DNA of 40,169 bases from Deltaproteobacteria bacterium (GTDB lineage Bacteria > CG2-30-53-67), in NCBI GenBank assembly GCA_013151235.1, contig JAADIO010000034.1, forward strand, positions 1 through 40,169, in the 5' to 3' direction. The number at the start of each line of letters is the position of its first letter. Positions within the stretch are counted from its first letter, which is position 1. Below the pieces are notes generated by a model. It did no database searches and had not been told where the DNA came from. It saw nothing but the letters and a program-made list of their open reading frames with translations. The position numbers and the translations under genes are program-made. This document shows, piece by piece, positions 25,729-35,503 of this stretch.

Positions 25729-28383
25729 ATGAAGGGTTCGGAAATTCGCAGCCTTTTTTTGGATTATTTTGAGAAAAAAGGCCACAAAATTCTCTCCAGC
25801 TCTTCCCTGATCCCCCGGGATGACCCGACCCTTCTCTTTACCAATGCGGGGATGGTCCAGTTTAAAGATATCTTTACGGGGGAGAAAAAGCGGACGGTTC
25901 CGACGGCGGCCACGTCGCAGAAGTGCATGCGGGCCGGCGGCAAACATAACGACCTGGAGAATGTGGGACGTACGGCCCGTCACCAGACCTTCTTCGAAAT
26001 GCTGGGCAACTTCTCTTTCGGCGACTATTTCAAGGAGGAGGCGATTCCCCTGGCCTGGAAATTTCTGACCGGGGAGCTTTCTCTTCCCACCGAACGTCTC
26101 TGGGTCAGCGTCTATCACGAAGATGAAGAGGCTTTCCGGATCTGGAAAGAGAAGATGCACGTTCCGGAGGAGCGGATCCTCCGCCTGGGAGAGAAGGACA
26201 ACTTCTGGGCCATGGGTGACATCGGTCCCTGCGGCCCCTGTTCCGAAATTCACATCGATCAGGGAGAGGGAATCGGCTGCGGCCGGTCCGGATGCAATGT
26301 GGAATGTGACTGCGACCGCTTCCTGGAAATCTGGAACCTTGTCTTCATGCAGTATTCACGCGACGCTGCGGGCCAACTTACTCCCTTGCCGAAGCCGAGT
26401 ATCGACACCGGCATGGGCTTGGAACGCATCACAGCCGTGGTGCAGGGGGTGACCTCCAATTACGATACCGATCTTTTCTCGGGGATCATTGAGGCGATCT
26501 GCTCGATTGCCGGGGTCCGGTACGGTACAGGACAGGACTCCGATACATCCATCCGGGTGATTGCCGATCATATCCGGGCATTGACTTTCCTCATTGCCGA
26601 CGGCGTTCTTCCGAGCAATGAAGGGCGGGGCTACGTGCTCAGGCGGGTCTTGCGAAGAGCGGCCCGGCACGGTAAACTCTTGAACGTGGAAGGTCCTTTT
26701 CTCTACAGGCTCTCTGCAACGGTCGTCGATGAGATGCGGGGGGGCTATCCGGAACTGGTCCCGGCCCGGGAGCATGTGGCGGCCGTCATCCTGAATGAGG
26801 AGGAACGTTTTCTCCATACCCTGGATCAGGGGCTGGCCCTCCTCAACGAAGAGATCGACAAACTGGCGCGGTCGGGGGAAACGATCCTGGCGGGAGAGGA
26901 GGTTTTTAAACTCTATGATACCTATGGTTTTCCGCTTGATCTGACCCGGGACATCCTTGGGGAGAAAGGGCTTTCCCTCGACGAAACCGGATTTCATAAG
27001 GCGATGAACCGGCAACGGGAGCGGGCACGGTCCTCCTGGAAAGGGGGCGGTGAAAAAGGGGTTGACCCTCTTTTCAAGGGATTGTCCGAAAAGTTCTCCA
27101 CCTCTTTTGTAGGCTATGAGCGGATCGAGGCTGTAGCTACAGTGGTTGCCCTCATTCAGGAGGGCAAGGTTGTCGAGGCGGTCTCGAAAGGGGAGGAGGC
27201 CCTGGCGGTCCTCGATGTGACTCCCTTTTATGCGGAATCGGGCGGTCAGGTCGGAGATCAGGGACGGATCGAGTGGGAAGGAGGGAGTGCCGTCGTTCAT
27301 GAGACCCGCCGGCCTGCCGGGGAGATGATTGTTCATGCCGTCCGGGTGGAAGAAGGGAAGCTGCAGACGAGGCAGGCGGTTACCGCGAAAGTGGATTCCG
27401 AGGTCCGTCGGAAGACGGCGGACAACCATACGGCCACCCATATTCTCCAGGCTGTTTTGCGCCGGGTGTTGGGAGATCATGTGAAACAGGCCGGGTCGCT
27501 GGTTGCGCCCGACCGGCTCCGGTTTGATTTTACACACTTCACGCAGGTGGGGCCCCGTGAACTGGAACGGATCGAACAACTGGCCAACGAATGGATTCGG
27601 CGGGACGCCCCTGTTCAAAAAGAGGTCAAGCCGCTGAACGAGGCGTTAGACGAAGGGGTCACGGCTCTCTTCGGGGAGAAGTATGGCGATGAGGTCCGAG
27701 TGATCTCGATCCCGGGTCTTTCAAAGGAACTCTGCGGCGGAACGCATATCGATCGGACGGGTGAAATCGGTCTTTTCAAGATTGTTCATGAGGGAGGGAT
27801 CGCAGCCGGGGTCCGCAGGATTGAGGCGGTCACGGCGGACAGCGCCTACCGGTCCTTCAAATCCTCTGAATCGGAACTTCTGAGTCTTGCGGAGATGGTT
27901 CGGGGCGCGCCGGGAGAGATTGTCTCTAAGGTGGAAAAAATCCTCCGGGATCGAAAGGCTCTGACTGCCGAAGTGGCTGCCCTGAAGCGGGAGCTTGCCG
28001 CAGCGAAAGGGGGCGATCTTGACGAAGATGTGCAGGAAGTGGAGGGGATCCGGATTCTCTCCCGGCGAATGGACCGACTGTCCATCGAGGAGCTGCGTGA
28101 CTTTGCAGACCAGGCAAGGGACAAGATCGGATCGGGTGTGATTGTGGCCGGGTCCGCCAACGATGGAAAGGTCGCCCTCGTGGCGATGGTCAGCCGCGAT
28201 CTGACCGGCAAGGTTCATGCCGGGAATCTGATTCGGGAAGTGGCGAAGGTGACCGGCGGAGGCGGAGGCGGAAGGCCGGACATGGCACAGGCCGGCGGAA
28301 AAGACCCCTCCCGGTTGGATGAAGCTCTGTCGATGGTAGCGGACCTGGTTCGTCAACAGGTGGGACCGGCCGGTTCCGGTTAA
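25729..28383 (+). CDS. alaS: Alanine--tRNA ligase
   Basis: DPTLLFTNAGM, TFFEMLGNFSFGDYFK, DTGMGLER, HTATH, ELCGGTH, GGGGRPDMAQAGG. Confidence 0.98.
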   Translation: MKGSEIRSLFLDYFEKKGHKILSSSSLIPRDDPTLLFTNAGMVQFKDIFTGEKKRTVPTAATSQKCMRAGGKHNDLENVGRTARHQTFFEMLGNFSFGDYFKEEAIPLAWKFLTGELSLPTERLWVSVYHEDEEAFRIWKEKMHVPEERILRLGEKDNFWAMGDIGPCGPCSEIHIDQGEGIGCGRSGCNVECDCDRFLEIWNLVFMQYSRDAAGQLTPLPKPSIDTGMGLERITAVVQGVTSNYDTDLFSGIIEAICSIAGVRYGTGQDSDTSIRVIADHIRALTFLIADGVLPSNEGRGYVLRRVLRRAARHGKLLNVEGPFLYRLSATVVDEMRGGYPELVPAREHVAAVILNEEERFLHTLDQGLALLNEEIDKLARSGETILAGEEVFKLYDTYGFPLDLTRDILGEKGLSLDETGFHKAMNRQRERARSSWKGGGEKGVDPLFKGLSEKFSTSFVGYERIEAVATVVALIQEGKVVEAVSKGEEALAVLDVTPFYAESGGQVGDQGRIEWEGGSAVVHETRRPAGEMIVHAVRVEEGKLQTRQAVTAKVDSEVRRKTADNHTATHILQAVLRRVLGDHVKQAGSLVAPDRLRFDFTHFTQVGPRELERIEQLANEWIRRDAPVQKEVKPLNEALDEGVTALFGEKYGDEVRVISIPGLSKELCGGTHIDRTGEIGLFKIVHEGGIAAGVRRIEAVTADSAYRSFKSSESELLSLAEMVRGAPGEIVSKVEKILRDRKALTAEVAALKRELAAAKGGDLDEDVQEVEGIRILSRRMDRLSIEELRDFADQARDKIGSGVIVAGSANDGKVALVAMVSRDLTGKVHAGNLIREVAKVTGGGGGGRPDMAQAGGKDPSRLDEALSMVADLVRQQVGPAGSG

Positions 28384-28472
28384 CGGTCCCGTCGGCAGGT
28401 CGGCTGAAACGGTTTTCGCTGTTTGAACTGTTCGAACGGTTGAAGCGGATTCATATTTAAGGAGGGACGATC

Positions 28473-28793
28473 ATGTTTGAGCCGATGAAAAAAGCGCTTT
28501 TGGTTGGACTGGGGATTCAGGAGAAGATGAAAGAGTATGTGGACGACCTGGTCCGAAAGGGGGAAGTCAGCAAGGAGCAGAGCGGTTCTCTGTTCAAGGA
28601 TCTGATGGGGTCCGCGGAAAAGAATCTTGAAGGATTGGAAAAGAGCTGGCGGGAAATTATCCAGTCGACCATGGAGCGGATGAACCTCCCTACCCGCACG
28701 GATATGGAAAATCTGGAAAAGAAGGTGAATGCACTCAGCCGTCGTCTGGCCAAGCTCGACAAAGAGGGGAAAGAAGAAGAGGAAGAAAAGTGA
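28473..28793 (+). CDS. Phasin-like (PHA granule-associated family) protein
   Basis: KKALLVGLG...VDDLVRKGE...NLPTR.D.E.L..KV..L pattern; AAGGAGG SD; TGA stop supplied by the MITE end. Confidence 0.8.
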   Translation: MFEPMKKALLVGLGIQEKMKEYVDDLVRKGEVSKEQSGSLFKDLMGSAEKNLEGLEKSWREIIQSTMERMNLPTRTDMENLEKKVNALSRRLAKLDKEGKEEEEEK

Positions 28794-29090
28794 TAAGGTC
28801 GTAAAAAGTCGTTTTTCGGATTTCGTTCATGGTTCGACAGGCTCACCACGAACGGTTCATTAAACTTTCCGAGCATGTGGTTCGGCAAGCCGACCACGAA
28901 CGGTTCATTAAACTTTCCGAGCATGTGGTTCGGCAAGCTCATCATGCTCGGAAGCTTGCCGAACCACACGAACGGAATATCAATAACTTACACCGTTCGC
29001 CCTGAGCACGGCTCTCCTGAGTATGTCGAAGGGCCTGTCCTGAGCCGGCCGAAGGGTCGAAGGGCTTTGCGAGTTTTTACGAGACCATCA
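28791..29090. mobile_element. MITE copy 2 (300 bp) with internal 48-bp-period duplication
   Basis: Ends TGATAAGGTCGTAAAAAGTC / GAGTTTTTACGAGACCATCA; AAAG duplicated at 28787-28790 and 29091-29094; collinear with 11895-12068. Confidence 0.88.
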
Positions 29091-29134
29091 AAAGTAAGTC
29101 CTTGATTTTCCTCTGTACCTGTGGAAGGAGTTTG

Positions 29135-29560
29135 ATGAGAGCGATCGGTCTTGATTTCGGTGAGAAGAGTATCGGTGTCTCCGTGAGCGATCCTCTGGGA
29201 ATGATCGCCCAGGGTTTGAAGACGATTCGTCGCAAGAGCTGGCATGCCGATCTGGAGGAACTCCGTGCGATCATCGACGAATACGAAGCCGACCGTCTGA
29301 TAGTCGGCCTGCCCAGGAATATGGACGGAAGCTTCGGGCCTTCCGCCGAGAAGGTACAGCTCTTTATGAAAAAGTTGAAGATTTTCAACCTTCCCATTGA
29401 GCCGGTGGATGAGCGCTTAACGACCGTCATGGCGGAACGGGCATTGCTGGAAGGAGACGTGAGCCGTAAGAGAAGGAAACAGGTGATCGATCAGGTGGCG
29501 GCGGCTCTCATCCTTCAGGGTTACCTGGATCGGCTCAGCCGGGAGCGGAAGGGTGATTAG
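29135..29560 (+). CDS. yqgF: Pre-16S rRNA nuclease / Holliday junction resolvase-like RuvX
   Basis: GLDFG.K.IGV.VSD, VGLP.NMDG, DERLTT, D..AA.LILQ. Confidence 0.95.
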   Translation: MRAIGLDFGEKSIGVSVSDPLGMIAQGLKTIRRKSWHADLEELRAIIDEYEADRLIVGLPRNMDGSFGPSAEKVQLFMKKLKIFNLPIEPVDERLTTVMAERALLEGDVSRKRRKQVIDQVAAALILQGYLDRLSRERKGD

Positions 29561-30554
29561 AAGCCGGCTTCCTTTCCTGATCTTTTTTGTCCTGAGCGGG
29601 ATCACTCTATCGGCGGTTTACTTCTATTCTCTTCTCTACGTTCCGCAGCAGGAGTCAGCCAAACCGGTTATTGTGGAGATTCCGTTCGGTATGTCGGTGC
29701 AGGCGGCCGCTCTTCGCCTTCGTGATCTGGGATTGATCCACTCCGCTGTCGCCTTCAGGGTTCTGACCCGTCTGACCGCTTCCGAAGGAATGATCCGAGC
29801 CGGGGAGTATCCTCTGTCGGCGGAGATGTCGCCGCGGGAAATTCTCCGGCAATTGCGCCGGGGGGCGGTGATCCTCCATCGGGTGACAATCCCGGAAGGG
29901 TTGAGAGGCGAGGATGTGGCACGGATCGTTGCGGCGAAATTCCCCCTTTCCCGGAAGCGTCTCGTGGCACTTCAGTCCGATCCCAAATTCATTGCCTCCC
30001 TTGGCGTTCAGGCTCCAACCCTTGAGGGATATCTTCTGCCCGAGACCTATTCCTTTCCGAAGAACGTGACGGAGAAAGAAGTGTTGCGCAAGATGGTTTC
30101 CGATATGCAGGCATTCTTCGATGCGAAAAAACGTCAACGGGCGGAGCAGCTTGGTCTGTCCTTTCATCAGGTTCTGACCCTGGCATCGATCATCGAGAAA
30201 GAGGCCGCCCGGGAGGATGAAAAGCCCCGGATCGCCTCCGTTTACTACAATCGGTTAAAAAAAGGAATGCGTCTTCAAAGCGATCCCACCGTGATCTACG
30301 GGATCAAGAACTTCGACGGGAACCTCCGCCGGCGGGACCTGAAGGCGGATACTCCTTACAATACCTACACACGGTACGGTCTTCCCCCCACGCCGATCGC
30401 GAACCCAGGCAAAAGCTCTATCATGGCCGTCCTTTATCCGGAGGTCTCCCCCTATCTCTATTTCGTTTCCCGGAACGACGGAACGCACGCCTTTTCCGTA
30501 ACATTGGCGGAGCATAATCGGGCTGTGAACCGTTATCAGCGAAGACGGCGATGA
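29553..30554 (+). CDS. mltG: Endolytic transglycosylase
   Basis: N-terminal TM, TIPEG, LEGYL.PETY, LASIIEKE, LQSDPT, YNTY..GLPPTPI.NPG. Confidence 0.95.
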   Translation: MIRSRLPFLIFFVLSGITLSAVYFYSLLYVPQQESAKPVIVEIPFGMSVQAAALRLRDLGLIHSAVAFRVLTRLTASEGMIRAGEYPLSAEMSPREILRQLRRGAVILHRVTIPEGLRGEDVARIVAAKFPLSRKRLVALQSDPKFIASLGVQAPTLEGYLLPETYSFPKNVTEKEVLRKMVSDMQAFFDAKKRQRAEQLGLSFHQVLTLASIIEKEAAREDEKPRIASVYYNRLKKGMRLQSDPTVIYGIKNFDGNLRRRDLKADTPYNTYTRYGLPPTPIANPGKSSIMAVLYPEVSPYLYFVSRNDGTHAFSVTLAEHNRAVNRYQRRRR

Positions 30555-30632
30555 ATCTTTTCTTGACAGAGCCCCTTCTTTTCTATAGAAACGACCCTCA
30601 ATGAGAAGCCAACCTGCAATAAAAAGGGAACC

Positions 30633-31214
30633 GTGATGACCGATAGCCCGGAAGTGTTGAAGCGCCGATTGATAGAGATCATTCTGGAACGTTCCTTTCA
30701 GTTCAATGAGGAGCCGACCTTCCGGCTTGTTTCGGGAAAGAAGAGCCGATACTATTTCAACTGCAAGGCGACGACCCTCCACCCGGAAGGAATGGTTCTG
30801 ATCGGGCGGATCGGGTTTGAACGGATTCGGGAGCTTGTCCCCCGGGGAGTCGGCGGACTGACCCTTGGCGCCGACCCTTTGGCCTATGCCGTGAGTTTTC
30901 ATTCGGCTCTGGCCGGGGCGCCGATCGAGACCTTCATCGTTCGGAAGGAGGCGAAGAAGCACGGCCTCATGCGGAAGATCGAGGGGAACGTCCGGAAGGG
31001 GGACCGCGTCGTCGTGGTGGATGATGTCGTCACGACGGGGGGGTCGACCCTGCAGGCCGTTGAGGCTGCACAGTCGGCGGGATTCGATGTCGTCCGGATC
31101 CTCACCCTTGTTGACCGCCAGGAAGGGGGGCGGGAGAATATCGAAAAGACCGGGATACCCTTTGAAGCGATCCTGACCCGGGATGAGGTGATGGAGGTGT
31201 ATCGCGGCCGATAA
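30633..31214 (+). CDS. pyrE: Orotate phosphoribosyltransferase
   Basis: L.SG..S.YY, GGLTLGADP, VRKEAKKHG, VVDDVVTTGGS, VDRQEGG. Confidence 0.95.
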   Translation: MMTDSPEVLKRRLIEIILERSFQFNEEPTFRLVSGKKSRYYFNCKATTLHPEGMVLIGRIGFERIRELVPRGVGGLTLGADPLAYAVSFHSALAGAPIETFIVRKEAKKHGLMRKIEGNVRKGDRVVVVDDVVTTGGSTLQAVEAAQSAGFDVVRILTLVDRQEGGRENIEKTGIPFEAILTRDEVMEVYRGR

Positions 31215-31281
31215 CGGTTGCAAGAAAAGTCCGCCTAATGCACTTATCAGATTTTGAGCTCATTCGTTTTGCCACAGCCAA

Positions 31282-31962
31282 ATGTCCAAAATTTTCCTCT
31301 TTTATATCCTTACGGTTCTGACCCGGAGCCCCCTGCTGGCGCTTCTCGTCATTGTGGCGCTCTATTTCTTTCTCGACCGGCGTTTTGTGGGGCTGCTCCC
31401 TGATTTCTCCGCCCTCTTCCGAACGCGCCGGGAGATTGCCCGGCTGAAACAGGAGGTGATGCTCAATCCCCATAATGCGGAGGCCTTGAGTGATCTGGGG
31501 CGATACCTTGTGCAAACAGGGAAAGACCGTGAGGGGGTGTCGTTTCTTGAACGGGCGTTGCCCCGGATGGGAGAGATCAGCGAGACACGTTTCTATCTCG
31601 GTCTGGGTTACCTCCACCTCGGACAGATGGAAAAAGCGGAAGAGCATTTACGGGCCGTACTGCAAATCGACCCTCGTTACGGCTATGGGGAGGCATGGTT
31701 GCGAATGGGAGACCTCAAGGTTCTGGAAAAGGATCTTGCCGGGGCGCTTGAGTCCTATCAGGCTTTTGTCGGGATTCACACATCAAGCTCGGAAGGGTTC
31801 TATAAGATGGGGGAGGTCTGTCAACGGCTGGACGATCGCGAGAAAGCAAAAGAATACTATTCAAAATCGATGAACGCCATGCGGGGTTCCCCGCCTCACA
31901 AGAAACGGATCGACCGTCCCTGGTTCTGGAAAGCAAGGATGAAGCTTATGCAGGGAATATGA
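31282..31962 (+). CDS. Membrane-anchored tetratricopeptide-repeat protein
   Basis: Hydrophobic N-terminus followed by ~4 TPR-like repeats (A...LG..L, FYLGL.Y...G..EKA). Confidence 0.85.
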   Translation: MSKIFLFYILTVLTRSPLLALLVIVALYFFLDRRFVGLLPDFSALFRTRREIARLKQEVMLNPHNAEALSDLGRYLVQTGKDREGVSFLERALPRMGEISETRFYLGLGYLHLGQMEKAEEHLRAVLQIDPRYGYGEAWLRMGDLKVLEKDLAGALESYQAFVGIHTSSSEGFYKMGEVCQRLDDREKAKEYYSKSMNAMRGSPPHKKRIDRPWFWKARMKLMQGI

Positions 31963-32033
31963 TTGATGGGAGATCGAACCCAAAACGCCCCTTCTCAATC
32001 AGCCCGAGCAAACGTCCCACCTTCAGAAAGTAC

Positions 32034-32213
32034 TCAGGCGGCCATTCTTTCCAGTTTTCCCACGATGGTCTTGAGGGTTTCCTTCTTTCCCTTGAGGATG
32101 TCCCGGAAATCCTTCTGATCGGTGTCGGCGATCTCCATCCGAAGGTCAGCGATTTCCCGCCGCAGGAAATCTTGCAGGATCCTTCCCTCATCGGGAGTCA
32201 GTTCAAATCTCAT
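32034..32213 (-). CDS. Small hypothetical helical protein (59 aa)
   Basis: Strong SD AAAGGAGGTGA before ATG; MRFELTPDEGRILQDFLRREIADLRMEIADTDQKDFRDILKGKKETLKTIVGKLERMAA. Confidence 0.75.
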   Translation of the reverse strand: MRFELTPDEGRILQDFLRREIADLRMEIADTDQKDFRDILKGKKETLKTIVGKLERMAA

Positions 32214-32327
32214 TTCTTCACCTCCTTTCCATGATCTTCTTCTACTTGAATTCATAGCACTGAATCTCTTTTTTGTCCACGAGGGATCGAAAATAAAGAC
32301 AAGATAAGGAGTCAAAATAACCGGATC

Positions 32328-33509
32328 CTATTCGACCGGATCGGAGATGAGCAGCAGGACTCCGGCATGGTTATGGAAGTTGTTGATTCCCTTGATGGGG
32401 GCGAATTCGCCATCGGAGGAGAATCCGATCAGGGGGATTTCGCCGAAATGTTTCCGGATGATTTCGATATCGATATTTTTTGAGGAGTAAAAACGGCCTC
32501 CCCGTTGGCGGCTGTTGATATAGAGTCCGAAACGGGGCGGGTTGGTCAGCAGCCGGTCTGCAAGAGAGGCCGCCATCTCCTCGAGGTCTTCCCGGGCCCT
32601 TTCCGGGTCCCCGGCAACGAAGGAGAGGGGGCGTCCTTCCATGATCTCTTCCGTGGTGATAATGGCGCCTTTTACGGGATCGGTATCGGTGATGGAGCGG
32701 ACCGTATAGTTTCCCGCCGCAAGTTCCGTGTCGGCGGGATCGGCGGGGAGGCCGATCATGAACTCCTGCGGTCTCTTCCGCCCGGTCCGGGGGTGCTGAA
32801 GAATCTGGAAGAGATGTTCCAGGGCCGGACGGCCCCGGAGTTCCTCGATCCGGTTTCCTTCGGAGCGGGTGACGATGAGGGGTCCGCTCACGGGATGGCA
32901 GGCCTGCGTGATGCCGATCGTCGGCGTGAACTCACCGGTCAGGTAGATCCCCGCCAGGGTGTGTGTGGAAGCCTCTCCGTTATAAAATTGGAAGGACTCC
33001 CTCGATGGGGTGTCGGACGAGGGAGAACCGCCGATGATTGCCGCAGAAACAAGTTCCTCTTCAATGCATTGGATCAGGGCGGGGAGATGGTGAGATGCAT
33101 GATCGGGGAAGAGGGCCAGCATTTCATCTCTTCGTTTGAATTCCCGGACAAGTTCTCCGATGGCGTGGCATGCCGTTGTCTCACCGATCGTCGATTCATG
33201 AAAAAGAAAGGGATAACCGAAGAGGGTGTCTGAATGGATGGCCATGACGGCAACCCCGGGACCGTTTTCGATCTCTCCTTCCCCGGTCAGGATTCCTGTT
33301 GCGCTGCAACCGCTGATATGTCCGGCGCCGGTGATCTCGGAGATCTTCTCCAGGATTTCGGGATAAGAGCCGGCATGGTGTGGAGTGACGAAAAGCAGTG
33401 CAAAATCGGCACGAATCATTCCGCTCTCGGTTATGGCCTTCCGTGCCGATTCCTGCGCCGCCTCAAGGGAATCCGCCTGAATGGAACTGCCCACACCGAC
33501 TTCGATCAT
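32328..33509 (-). CDS. FIST N/C domain signal-sensing protein
   Basis: GCSATGI...GE, IIGG, Q.C.P, VTRSEGN.I.EL.GRPA, PLIGF.S.GE. Confidence 0.88.
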   Translation of the reverse strand: MIEVGVGSSIQADSLEAAQESARKAITESGMIRADFALLFVTPHHAGSYPEILEKISEITGAGHISGCSATGILTGEGEIENGPGVAVMAIHSDTLFGYPFLFHESTIGETTACHAIGELVREFKRRDEMLALFPDHASHHLPALIQCIEEELVSAAIIGGSPSSDTPSRESFQFYNGEASTHTLAGIYLTGEFTPTIGITQACHPVSGPLIVTRSEGNRIEELRGRPALEHLFQILQHPRTGRKRPQEFMIGLPADPADTELAAGNYTVRSITDTDPVKGAIITTEEIMEGRPLSFVAGDPERAREDLEEMAASLADRLLTNPPRFGLYINSRQRGGRFYSSKNIDIEIIRKHFGEIPLIGFSSDGEFAPIKGINNFHNHAGVLLLISDPVE

Positions 33510-33638
33510 GGATTACCTTTCCTTTTGAATTTCGAAGATTACAACATGTTTTGGGGTGTCTGTCAAATTCGATTTATCGATTGGACACGACTGGGTGCCC
33601 CCCCTGCAAGTTGACTTTCGGCAGGCTTCCGTGGTTCA

Positions 33639-34478
33639 ATGGCGTCCATGAAAAAAGAGATCATGATCGGAAAATTTCGGTGCTTTCTCTTAGATGGTGG
33701 TTCTCTCCGGGTGGATGGCGGGGCGATGTTCGGTGTGGTGCCCCGCATGCTCTGGGAAAAGAAGGTTGGAACAATCCGGGAAAACTGCGTCGAACTGCAG
33801 ATGAATTCCCTCCTGGTCCTCGGACCGCAGCATCGTATCCTCATTGATCCGGGAATCGGATTGAGAGAAGCGAAACGGTTTGGCCGGGAATATCATGCCC
33901 GGTGCGGAGAGAACTTGACGGATCAGCTCCGGCGGCTTGGGGTAACGCCGGAAGAGATTGATATCGTCATCAACTCCCATTTGCACTGGGACCATTCGGG
34001 TGCGAATCTTGCCCTCACCCCTGATGGTTCAGTCGTTCCCGTTTTTCCCAGGGCCGTCCATTTTGTACAGCAGGGAGAATGGGAGGCGGCACTGCATCCG
34101 AATGAGTTGACGAAAGAAGGATACCTGTTGCAAAATGAGACGGCTCTGATTCGTACCGGGCAGTTGGAACTGCTTCATGGTGAAACGGAGATCGTTCCGG
34201 GAGTTTCCGTCATCATGACACCGGGTCACACTCTTTTTCATCAATCGGTTTCTATCCGGTCGGAGGGAGAGACGCTCTTCTATCCGGGGGACCTCATCCC
34301 CACTGTGGCCCATCTTCCCCGGACCTTTATCTCGGCATTCGATCTTGAACCGCTACGGACCTTTGAAACGAAGAAAATATTGCTGCAACAGGCCCGTCGG
34401 GAGGAATGGACCCTTGCCTTCTGCCACGGCACGGAGGAGGCTTCCTTCTACAGACCCCGTGCAGGAAAGCGTGCTTGA
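33639..34478 (+). CDS. Metallo-beta-lactamase fold hydrolase (YtnP/lactonase-like)
   Basis: DGGAMFGVVP..LW, SHLHWDHSG, TPGHT, GDLIP. Confidence 0.9.
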   Translation: MASMKKEIMIGKFRCFLLDGGSLRVDGGAMFGVVPRMLWEKKVGTIRENCVELQMNSLLVLGPQHRILIDPGIGLREAKRFGREYHARCGENLTDQLRRLGVTPEEIDIVINSHLHWDHSGANLALTPDGSVVPVFPRAVHFVQQGEWEAALHPNELTKEGYLLQNETALIRTGQLELLHGETEIVPGVSVIMTPGHTLFHQSVSIRSEGETLFYPGDLIPTVAHLPRTFISAFDLEPLRTFETKKILLQQARREEWTLAFCHGTEEASFYRPRAGKRA

Positions 34479-34569
34479 TCGGCAAGTCTGTTTTTGGCGC
34501 TATTCCTGTTGTCAGCGGGTGGGATCTGTGTTAATTTTATGCGATGATTTCGAACGGAAGGAGGGGAGG

Positions 34570-35379
34570 ATGATCCGCAGACCGGCCGTGGCGGGGACCT
34601 TTTATGATGCCGATCCCCGGCGTCTCGAATCGACGATCCGGGGTTTCCTCCAGCCCGGATCGTTCCGGAAAACAATCGGTGTGATCGCTCCTCATGCGGG
34701 CTATCTCTATTCCGGCGCGGTGGCGGGTGCCGTTTACTCCCGGGTGGAACCTCCTGATTCCTGTATCATCCTCAGCCCGAATCATACCGGCCTGGGGGCG
34801 GAGGCCGCCGTCATGAGGGAAGGGGAGTGGGAAACCCCTTTGGGGACGATGGCGATCGATGCCGAACGGGCCTCCTCCCTCCTTGAAAAGGGGCGGCCCT
34901 TTCAGGAAGACGATACCGCCCATCGCAATGAACATTCCATCGAGGTTCAACTCCCGTTTCTGCAGGTCCTGGGGGTGAAGCGTTTTGTCCCCATCACCTT
35001 GATGGGGGTCCCCTTTGATGCCTGCGAGGAGATGGGGAAGGGCCTGGCGGAGGTGGTGCGGGAAAGCGATCGGTCGGTGCTGCTGATCGCCAGTTCGGAC
35101 ATGACCCACTATGAGAGCCGGGTGGCGGCGGAGGTGAAGGACCGGACGGCCCTGGAGCGGATTGAGGCACTTGATCCGGCGGGGCTCTATGAAGTTGTCC
35201 TGCAAAAGAGGATCACCATGTGCGGTTTCATCCCGGTGACGATCATGCTGATCGCCGCCAAGGCGCTGGGAGCCAAGAAAGCTGAGACCGTACGGTATGC
35301 CACCTCCGGTGATGTCACCGGCGATTATGATCAGGTGGTGGGGTACGCGGGGGTGATTGTCTATTCGGGGGATGTCTGA
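34570..35379 (+). CDS. amrB: MEMO1-family protein (AmmeMemoRadiSam protein B)
   Basis: R.PAVAG.FY, PHAGY.YSG, PNHTG, EHSIEVQLPFLQ, ASSDMTHY, TMCG, VVGYA. Confidence 0.92.
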   Translation: MIRRPAVAGTFYDADPRRLESTIRGFLQPGSFRKTIGVIAPHAGYLYSGAVAGAVYSRVEPPDSCIILSPNHTGLGAEAAVMREGEWETPLGTMAIDAERASSLLEKGRPFQEDDTAHRNEHSIEVQLPFLQVLGVKRFVPITLMGVPFDACEEMGKGLAEVVRESDRSVLLIASSDMTHYESRVAAEVKDRTALERIEALDPAGLYEVVLQKRITMCGFIPVTIMLIAAKALGAKKAETVRYATSGDVTGDYDQVVGYAGVIVYSGDV

Positions 35380-35400
35380 ACGGAATATAATCAAAAGCAT

Positions 35401-35474
35401 TCACCGCAAAGACGCAAAGACGCGGAGGACGCGGAGAAGGGAAGAAGGTAAGAAAGGGCACAAAGGCACAGAGT
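35401..35474 (+). repeat. Purine-rich 8-9-nt tandem repeats
   Basis: CCGCAAAG-ACGCAAAG-ACGCGGAG-GACGCGGAG and GGCACAAA-GGCACAGAGT (17/18 identical to 5793-5810). Confidence 0.65.
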
Positions 35475-35503
35475 AAAGGCAAAGTCAAAAGGAAAGGAGC
35501 AAT

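Noticed and set aside
28845-28938. CRISPR array
   Set aside because: Only two 46-bp repeats separated by 2 bp, no unique spacers, no cas genes; it lies inside a MITE
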